From Kipferlia bialata (taxonomy: Eukaryota): a stretch of DNA of 34,096 nucleotides. The stretch's first letter is position 1. Each line of letters opens with the position of its first letter. A model generated the notes under the pieces. It made no database searches, was not told where the DNA came from, and was given only the letters and a program-made list of their open reading frames with translations. A program made the translations under genes and the position numbers. Below are positions 25,052 through 34,096 of this stretch, piece after piece. The DNA lies in NCBI GenBank assembly GCA_003568945.1, contig BDIP01000071.1:1-34096 (forward strand). The letters are read 5' to 3'.

Positions 25052-25300
25052 ACTCACTCTCCCCTACACTCTCCTACACTCCTTCTCTACCACCAGGGCT
25101 CTGCTATCTCAGTAACGAACCGGATACGTCACAATAGGCCCCTATGTTGAAGACAAGTCACTCAGAGCCTGAGTCAGATGAACTCACACCTACACCCTTG
25201 ATTCCATACAGAGTTTTTGTCTATTATATACCCTCAATTTCAAAAACTACGAGACCGATGCGACCAACATTGACCAGTGTGGCTCCTTACTATTGACACA

Positions 25301-25874
25301 ATGCGTGCTGGTCTTGTTATTGTGCTGGTGCTGTGTGCCTGGTGTCTGGCAGAGAGCTTCCTGTCCTTCGCTGACGTCGAGGGGAACCTGAAGAGCGATT
25401 CGTGCGTGCTGAACAAGTAAGTATTACAACTGATGATAACGTACTATATATGCTTAGTGACATGGGAGTAAACTCGCAGAGAGTCTTTCAATGATGACGG
25501 ATATATGCATGGCAGAGATATAGTCTTTTGGGAGTGGGGTTGCTGTTCCCCTGCTCCGCTGCGATACCAGTGTGATTGAGTGCGGCATTTGAGATTATTC
25601 AGAGAATTGTTGCCATTCTGATCACCGAGACCATGTATAGCAATTCAACCCTTCCAATAATCTCTCTCTTGCTTGAGGACCACTGGTGTGTCTCACTCAC
25701 TATCTCTGCACTCTCTTACTATTATCCTCTCTGCACATCTAAGTCTCTCTGTTATATCTATGTATATATACAAATTTCTATATATATATGTCAATCCCTT
25801 ACCCTCAGGACCACTGGCAAGTGCGATGGACACTGCAGCAACTCACTAGAGGGATGCACTGAGGTACTCTTAGT

Positions 25875-25908
<34 letters not shown>

Positions 25909-28900
25909 CGACATATGTGTCCCGGCCACTCTCCCCTGGGTATACTCTACCCGCTCACCCCAGTACAAGCCTGGCCACTGTGGGTGCAAGGAGTGCAGCT
26001 ATGACTACGGGACAGGTATACATATATATGTATATATATGTGTATATATGTATATAAGTTAGTATAGATAGATAGATGGATGTGTATATATGTGTTATAG
26101 TGCTAGTGCAGCTATGATTACGGGACAGGTATCAACACACACACATATATATATACAATTATATATATATATATATATATACTTTATATATAATCATACG
26201 TCTACACGGTGTGTTTATATGTACTATGGGTGCAAGAAGTGCAGCTATTATGACTATGGAACAGGTAACACATATAATGGATGTCTTTGCATGTCCCTCT
26301 TCTGACTCAAATAGTGCCACTGTGTACTATTACTCGACACTCATACTCATTGTGACTTGGTCGTATTTCATGTGTGTATAGAGTACCCCATACTCACTCC
26401 CCAGGTGACTGCAACAGTGCCGGGTGCTACCAGGCCGGCATGACATGGTGCATGTACACGGGGAATGAGAAGTGCGAGTGCTCAGGTATAACATGCATAT
26501 GTATGGTATATGTATACATATATGTATATGTATATATATACATAGTATGGCATGACATGGTGCATGTACACAGGCAATGAGAAGTGTGCCTGTTCAGGTA
26601 GTATATACATCTATATATGTATATATAAATATATATATACATAGTATGGCATGACATGGTGCATGTACACAGGGAATGAGAAGTGTGAATGCTCAGGTAA
26701 TGAATGCATATGTGTACAATGAATGCATATATTGTATGATATGGATATCCTCTCTTAGTAAGAGACTCTTACCAGGCTGTGCATGGGCCGACTCGTCCAC
26801 GGACATGTACAGTCTCTTTACTTATACTCTCTCTCTCTCTCTCTCTCTAGTAGAGACTCTACATATATATATATATATGTATCCTCACTCTCTAGGCTGT
26901 GCCTGGGCCAACTCTTCCAAGGACACGTCTATCTCTACAGTTTACTAATTCACTATGAATAGAGTATATATAGATATATCCCCTTATCAATCAGGCTGTG
27001 CCTGGGCTGATTCTTCCAAGGACAGGTGCTTCGGGGCATGCTCCAACTCACTGTGCTTCCAGAAGGGACCCGCAAGTACGTAATGGTTTTCATATCTCCC
27101 TACATATGCATGACTATGTTACATAGTATGTACATATACCATCCAACACCAGGTGACTGCCACTGCAACCAGGACAAGTGCTCCTGGGATTATGCATCGG
27201 AGCAGTGCGTGGTACGTGTATATATGAACACACATATATATAATGTGATCATAGTTATGTATATGCCACATCATGGATACTCGTGGGACTATGCATCGGA
27301 GCAGTGCGAGGTACGTCTCTCTCTCTCTCTCTAACTCTACTATCTATTCCTCTATTTCATCCCCAGGTTGTCTGTGACAAGTATGGACATATGTGGATTG
27401 AGAAGTTGCTCTACATTATACATGTATACTATATACATATTATTCCGCCATTCACCCCTAGGGTGCCTGTGACAAGTATGGCCACCAGCTCTGTGTGCAG
27501 ACAGCCAAGTACGTCATACTATATGTACATACGTGTATACAACGCTGTGTGCATGAATGCGTTTGTCGTATGTTGCTTACATATGTAAAGACTGTTTCTC
27601 ACTATATCTTTCTCATATAGGTACACTCCTGGCTGTGACATCACCCCTCTCTCTCAGCCTGTATATGCTATTCTGCTGTCATATACTCCTCACCTGCACC
27701 TGCTCCAGCTGTGACTCTCTCTCTCTTGCTGTCTCGACATAAGTATGTGTATGTATGTGTCCATACACTCACCCCAGTGCCACCTGCACCTGTTCCAGCT
27801 GTTACTCTCTCTCTCTTTCTGTCTCGACATAAGTATGTACATGTATGTGTCCATACACTCACCCCAGTGCCACCTGCACATGCTCCAGCTGTGACTACGA
27901 TGTGGCCCTCAAGCAGTGCATGTGTACGTAGTATGCTGTCCACAGTATAGTCCATCAATTTCTACAATCCATAACCTGTTATTCCGGATGTACGGTGTGA
28001 CTGCGATGTGGCACTGAAGCAGTGCCTATACTAGTGGATATACGCTCTATCTTTCTCTCCTACATATGTGTGTATAGCACATGAACTCTACACTCACCCC
28101 AGCCCCTGTGTATGGCTGCACCTCAGGGCGCATCTCCATCCTGTCCTTATATCTCTGTACAATCTCCTCTTATACTCTTTCAGTGTCTATAACTCAATGT
28201 TTTACTAACCCCAGCCCCTGTGTATGGCTGCACCCCCCAGGGGTCTAGTGTGGACCACGGTGGATGCTACGCACCAAGGGCAGACGGAGAGTGCTCGGTA
28301 TGTAGATATCATTATATATATACTAGTATATATATATACTAGTATATAAGAGAGGGTGTGTTATGGGTTATACTACATGTGTGGTATGACATGCACCAAG
28401 GGTAGACGGAGAGTGCTCGGTATGTGGAGTTTATAGTATGTAGTACATTCTATGTACATGTAGATGGAGACACTATCGTAATATCCTGGTGGTACTTCGT
28501 GTATGATATGCACCAAAGGCAGGTGGGGAGTACTCGGTTAGTAGATATACGCTCTCGCTCTCTCTCGCTCTCTCTCTCTACACCCCTAATCCCAGTGTAC
28601 CACGGACTCCTGTTTCTATGATCATGTCCACAAGAAGTGCATATCACCTGGGTTCGGTTGCCCAGGTATCTAGTTACATATATAAACATATGTGAGTTGA
28701 GGTGCCCAGGTACTCTAAGACTATGTCTCTCTCTGTCCCTTACAATATATATGTCCCACTTTCGTTGATTTCTCAAATATTGAACAATGTTGTGTACCTG
28801 GGTGCCCAGGAAGCAATTCCCTAGTTGTTCTCGTAGTATCGTCAGCATATATATCCATCTCTTAGAGATTCTAACAATAGATATGTTCAGTGTATATTTC

Positions 28901-29439
28901 CCACGATGTGAGTGGTAATTTTGTGTATATGTATAAATACTATATGATATAGTATGATACAATTAGTATCCCTTCTCCCTCTGCTACACTCTCACCCCAG
29001 TCACTGATGAGTGTCGTCTCTCACTCACTACATGGCTGATGAGTATATATCTGCTGGATGTGTCTATGCATATCCTCCATATCTCTCTCAGTAGTATATT
29101 TTCACACCTTTTGTAGTATATATGTAGTATATATGTAGTGTATAGTATACATGACATATGTATTGCTCTCACCCTAGGGACTGAGGAGTGCGTCTATGCG
29201 TCCTCCCTATCTCTCTCAGTAGTATATAGAGTATATATTATATACATTATATAGTATATATTCTCTTGTCTCACACTCTCACCCTAGGCACTGAGGAGTG
29301 CGTATATGCGTCCTCCCCATCTCTCTCAGTAGTATATATAGTATATATTATATACATTATATAGTATATACTATATTCTCTCACCCTAGGCACTGAGGAG
29401 TGCGTGCTGTCAAGCCCAGGGAAGTGCAGGTGCAAGTGA
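25301..29439 (+). CDS. Secreted cysteine-rich protein (~249 aa, 11 exons) with six 6-Cys repeats
   Basis: Signal peptide MRAGLVIVLVLCAWCLA. All exon phases join. Repeats follow C-x8-9-C-x3-6-C-x4-11-C-x7-8-C-x-C. TGA at 29437-29439. Confidence 0.88.
26104..29305 (+). repeat. Intronic exon-edge echoes of the Cys-rich gene
   Basis: Donor echoes at ~26104, 26228, 26548, 26647, 27280, 27996, 28393, 28510, 28701 and 28801. Acceptor echoes at ~26771, 26892, 27361, 27691, 27772, 28097, 28995, 29172 and 29282. Confidence 0.92.
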
Positions 29440-29791
29440 TGCATAGTCCATACACGTGATGGTAGTCAAGAGAAACAGCGTCAAAGCATTGAAATGAGAT
29501 TGTTTAGACATGCCACACTGACGTTGCCAATGGAAGTGGGGGAGGCAAACAATACTGTGGGAATGCAGAGTACCTATAAATTGTTAATAGATTAATCGTA
29601 ATTACAACCATCCAATGGTTACCAGTGTTATCACGCCCATAAACTTGTAAGCGTATGAATCGTAAACTGATTGTAAGCCACTTCTTTGTATTCGTCCTCA
29701 CTTGCGAGGCTCGTTAATCACTCAGAAGACATTTCTGAGTGAGGAATCAAATCTACGACAAGTGAAAATGTTCTATTCAGCAAATTGACGT

Positions 29792-32700
29792 TGACTTCTT
29801 TGGTATGCCGTATGGTGGATTGGGCACCCTTCTCAAACGATCACAAGTATTATCGAGTTATTCATACTCGACGTGTGTAACTGTTCTATTGAATACACAT
29901 TCACTTCTTTGGGATGCCGTATGGTGGGTAGGGCATGCCTCGCAGGGTGGCCCAGTAGGCAGGCTGGGGTGAGTACATTGCATATTGCAGTAATGTATGT
30001 GATATATAGAGCAGTATTATAATGTTGGCTATGCCTCTGAGAGTGGCCCAGTAGCAGGCTGGAGTAGGTGGAGATACTAGAAGGAGCTTAGTGTATAGTA
30101 GGATACACACTGTCGCATATTGGTGATTGATATACAGTGTTATATATATATAACACCATACCGCGTGGTCACTAGAGTATACTTGATACTATACATTATA
30201 GTATCCATGTATCATACCGGGTGGTCACAGCAGAAGGGAGTAGGCTTAGAATATGATAAGGAATAGATGGTTACTATCAATAGTCGCTTTGGTATCCAAT
30301 AGTATTAGAATATATATTAGGGAGTGTTCTTTATAGTATGCATGTACCATACCGGGTGGTCACAGCAGAAGGGAGTAGTAGGCTTAGAATATGATATGGA
30401 GTAGGTAGTATTTATCTATAGTTGTTCTGGTATCCAATGGTATCAGATATATATCTATACACGGTAGTATTAAGTACCATACCGGGTGGTCACAGGCCTC
30501 ATCTAATTGCAAATAGCTGTCCTATACATATATATATATATACATGTACCATACCGGATGGTCACAGCAGAAGGGCGTGGCTGCTCTGCTGTAGATGCTC
30601 AGACCGGCACTCTCTGGGGTAGGTAATACAGAAAGCGTTTCTATTGCAAGAGTCTTCCTGCAAAAGTCTTGCAGTAAATGTGTATGATGAGTACGTATGT
30701 GTACTATTGTATCTGTACCTACGTGGCGATTTCTATTGCAGTATATGTGGATTATGTCATGGTGTACACTGCATCTCTACCTACAAAGTCCAGTGTGGCC
30801 AACATCAGCTCGTTGTCCTTCCTCTGGTGGTAGGCAACTGGGGTTGAGAGACTGCCACAGAGAGGGTATCTGTCTCAGTACTATGAAACATACTAAACAC
30901 ACAATCTCCATTGGTAGTAATACTTGATCCCTACCTGCCTTGTCCAGAGCCCTCATACAATCACAGTATCCTTCCACAAGACAATGCATAATAGAGATGT
31001 GGGTGCAATGTTACATTACTAATGAATATTACACTATGACTCCATACCTGCCTTGTCCAGTGCCCTCTCCAGCTTGGATACCATTCACGATACTCTTATG
31101 TATATTACGTATACTAATAGTATACGTATACTAATAGTATACTAATAGTATTACTATTCACATATAACACTAGTTACTCCAGTGTCCCTACCTGCCTTGT
31201 CCAGTGCCCTCTCTAGCTTGGGGTCATAGACAGGCCTAGGGGTTAGAGGACCAAACAGATACAGAAACTGTACCGGGTTACAAGAATTGATCGGGACAGA
31301 GGGAGGAATACTCCATGATCATGACTCACTGCAGAGTTGTACGCACCTGCACCACAGGTCGCTTGAAGCATATATGAAATACATGTCATTGTATACATAC
31401 CTGCACCATAGGTCTGGCTCGTACACCTCTGGCAGGGGGTCCAGGGCACGGACAAGCCTAGGGGTGAGGAAGATGATGGAATAGATTCAATTGCTAGGTG
31501 TCAGCATGCACGGACAAGCCTAGGGGTGAGAAGAGTGAAACCACTATTCATAGTTGACATCCTGTCAAGCTTGGCTCAAGAATGACGTCTACTCTCTTAG
31601 ACTCTAACGAATTGAATAGAACACTCTATCCACAATACCTCATCTCCGACTCCTTCTTGGCTTGTACCATTCTGGAATGCACACTGGTCTGACTGGCACC
31701 TGGCAGTGAGGACTCAGCATAGTACAATACAGGGTACTAATATAGTTGTCAATGTTAGTATTGATGGACTCACCCTTTGCCACCCTGTGCAGTGAGGGTA
31801 TGTATGTATATAGTATACTAGGACAGTACGTTATAGTATGCCATCATTATATTGCTTTGGACTCACCCTTAGACACCCTTGGTCTCTCTCTCTTGGGGGC
31901 AGGGTACTCAGACTGGGGGTGAGAGAGAATAAAGCGAGCAGTAGTTTACTTACACTTTGAAGAAACTGCATATATATACCAAGGGGTAGGGTACTCACAC
32001 TGGGGGTGAGAGTGTCTCATAGTGAAGTACAACAAAAAGGCGTGATAGAGTATATAGAGCATACCTTTCGTGGTGTCTTTCTGTCCCTGCTCCGGGTCCT
32101 ACCTCCTGGAGTTCAGTGTCGTTATATGGTTGTATATGTCATAATATATTATCATTGCATATATATAGGACATGGTAGTATATGTAAGTGTACTATTTAT
32201 TAGATAATGCACCTGGTGTCTGTGGGGACTGAGCCCTGGACGAGGGCCTAGACGATGCCCTAGAAGTGGGTCTGGATGTTTGTCTCCTGGGTGCCTTGGG
32301 CAGACTGATGGGGGTGGGGGAGTATCTGGGGTTAGGGTACACATGTGTTGTGATATATACTCTTAGCACTCTTAGATAACGAACTTCATAGGATACTTAT
32401 GCAATATATGGGCCTTGAGCAGACTAACGGGGGTGGGGGAGTATCTGGGGTTAGTGTCGAAGCCTATATAGACTCACTGGTATTCTTCTTACATATATTG
32501 GGCGTTCATCACACTATAATGTAGTGTTCAATACACACACTAGAGTGAGTATGTGCCTAATGTGTATTCTCCATACCTGTCATGGAGGCCTGGTATTCTG
32601 ATGATGGGTGTGCCTGGGGTGACAAGAGAGGGGAAGAGGAGGGGAGAGATAGGGAAGAGGGAAAGTGTCCTTGCCAATGACTCATTGGCGAAGAATCATA

Positions 32701-33190
32701 TACATAAGTATGTATATATGACAGGTCATGAAATTTATTGGGGTCTGATGATGGGTGTGCCTGGGGTGAGAGATAGATGCGAGAAGAAGAAGATGTAGAT
32801 ATAGATATAGAAGCAACTGAAATGTAATATATATGTATATATAATAGCATATGGGGGCCTGATGATGGGTGTGCCTGGGGTGAAAAGGGAGAGAGATGGT
32901 TGGAAAGAGAGATATAGAGAAAATACTAGAAGCAGGTATCATATGTATTATCAATCATCACGTGTACATATGGTGACAGAGAGTGTATGTCACAACAGGG
33001 GTATAGGAAGAGAGACTGTGTGACGACAGGCAGAGATCAAGAGAGAGAGTATCTACTACTGCCCCGGTAGTCATAAGTGTATGTGGTGTGTGAGTGGAGG
33101 GATGGGGAGAGTGAGAGAGGGAGGGAGACAGAGAGAGTGAGAGAGGGAGAGCGTATGATATAGTACCTGGTGCACTGCCGGGCACTGACG
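29792..33190 (-). repeat. Exon-edge echoes of the Pro/Ser/Arg-rich gene, including one beyond the stop codon
   Basis: Copies at ~29792, 30031, 30160, 30216, 30351, 30481, 30933, 31047, 31344, 31508, 31770, 31990, 32414, 32744, 32860 and 33165. Confidence 0.9.
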
Positions 33191-33464
33191 CTGTCATGTT
33201 ATATTACTAATGTATACTACGTATTCACTATACTTGTGTATAGAGAGTATATGTATAATACCTGGAGCACTGCCGGGCACTGACCCTGTGGTGGCAGAGC
33301 CAGTAGGGAGGACAGGGGGCTAGGGGTCAGAGAGAGAAGGCAAGAATCTAATAATATCCACGGGGTCTATTGGTGATGCCATTTGTCACACAGACACACA
33401 CGCTGTCTGTAAAACAATGATCACTGTCAATACCACTGCATCATACCTTAGAACGCCCCTCCAT
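29901..33464 (-). CDS. Pro/Ser/Arg-rich hypothetical protein, about 12 short exons
   Basis: Phase-consistent splice: MEGRSK|PPVLPTGSATTGSVPGSAP|GTPIIRIPGLHDR|YSPTPISLPK...|...LVRALDPLPEVYEPDLWCR|PVYDPKLERALDKA|VAYHQRKDNELMLATLDFV|ESAGLSIYSRAATPFCCDHP|PAYWATLRGMPYPPYGIPKK*. Start uncertain; family not recognised. Confidence 0.72.
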
Positions 33465-33791
33465 GCCAGGCAAGATGCAGAGAAGAGGGGGGTATACACC
33501 CACCTGTCACGAGGACAATACAAGAGATGGTCTAAACAGTGTATCAATACAGTGACAAGCTGCGAAACAGTGTGATTGTATATTTCGAAAATGTGACACT
33601 ATTTCGAAAAATTTGGATTGGCTTCTTCTCCCACCCACCCTCTCTCTACGCTGTGGCCTTCTAGTGCGCGGGATACCTTGCATACCCCATAGGGAGCAAG
33701 TAGATCAGTAGAGCAACCTCCCGTGGTCTTTGTGGGCTTGGGAGGGAGCACGTAGTGTAACTAAGAGGGAGAGAGAGAGAGAGAGGGTTAG

Positions 33792-33940
33792 ATGGGAGGG
33801 TCTCCAGAGCTAGAGATCAAGATTCTGCAGAACGACGGCGCCAATGAGTCCTTGCTGCATCTGCTGCTAGTGAAGAGCCTCTTCTGCAAGTCCCTGCCCA
33901 GGATGCCCAAGGACTACATCACAAGACTGGTCTTCGATCC
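33792..33940 (+). CDS. GCN5: Histone acetyltransferase GCN5, first HAT-domain exon (rest outside window)
   Basis: MGGSPELEIKILQNDGANESLLHLLLVKSLFCKSLPRMPKDYITRLVFDP followed by a GTACG donor. Matches the GCN5 hallmark NDG.......L..LK.IF.KQLP.MPKEYI.RLV.D. Confidence 0.92.
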
Positions 33941-34046
33941 GTACGTTGTATAGTTTCTCTCCTCTGTGTCTTCCTCACACATGCTGTGGACTATCTTCCT
34001 CAGTTGTAGCAGCTAGTGTATCCAGTAGTTGTGATGGGTGTGGGTA

Positions 34047-34047
<1 letters not shown>

Positions 34048-34096
<49 letters not shown>
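34048..34096. repeat. Terminal poly-C in GCN5 intron; probable contig end
   Basis: 49 consecutive C to the end of the window. Confidence 0.9.

Noticed and set aside
26104..29305. Echoes as Dscam-style mutually exclusive exons
   Set aside because: Each echo has only one splice site and only part of the exon, and some have frameshifts or lost GT, so they cannot act as complete cassette exons.
21776..33197. Many ORF-track entries rich in YIYI, SLSL, ERER and HTHT
   Set aside because: They are translations of intronic TA/TC/GA/CA microsatellites or antisense frames, not genes.
1..34096. Transposon or introner-like element as the source of the intronic repeats
   Set aside because: No transposase or RT ORF, no terminal repeats, and no sequence family shared between different introns. 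Each repeat derives from its own neighbouring exon.

Overview
Eukaryotic, very intron-rich protist DNA (GT..AG introns, typically ending ...CCCCAG/CCCTAG, many filled with TA/GA microsatellites). The style resembles a free-living flagellate such as the fornicate Kipferlia, but that is inference only. Spliced gene models read by hand: a partial tRNA-Ala(UGC), the 3' part of a TTLL-family tubulin ligase (-), the 3' part of an XRRA1-like LRR gene (+), a ~13.5 kb FG-GAP/beta-propeller repeat gene (-), the 5' part of an unidentified helical protein (-), the 5' part of VPS35 (+), an LRMDA-like LRR gene (-), a secreted protein with six 6-Cys repeats (+), a Pro/Ser/Arg-rich gene (-) and the first exon of GCN5 (+). 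The main observation is that introns of several genes contain dozens of partial 'echo' copies of the adjacent exon edge with its splice site. These echoes differ from the real exon mostly at synonymous positions, which a neutrally decaying tandem duplicate would not. One echo sits behind a stop codon, not a splice site. Genes are also cut off at three internal poly-G/poly-C tracts, most likely assembly misjoins. All calls are from manual reading, with no database searches.
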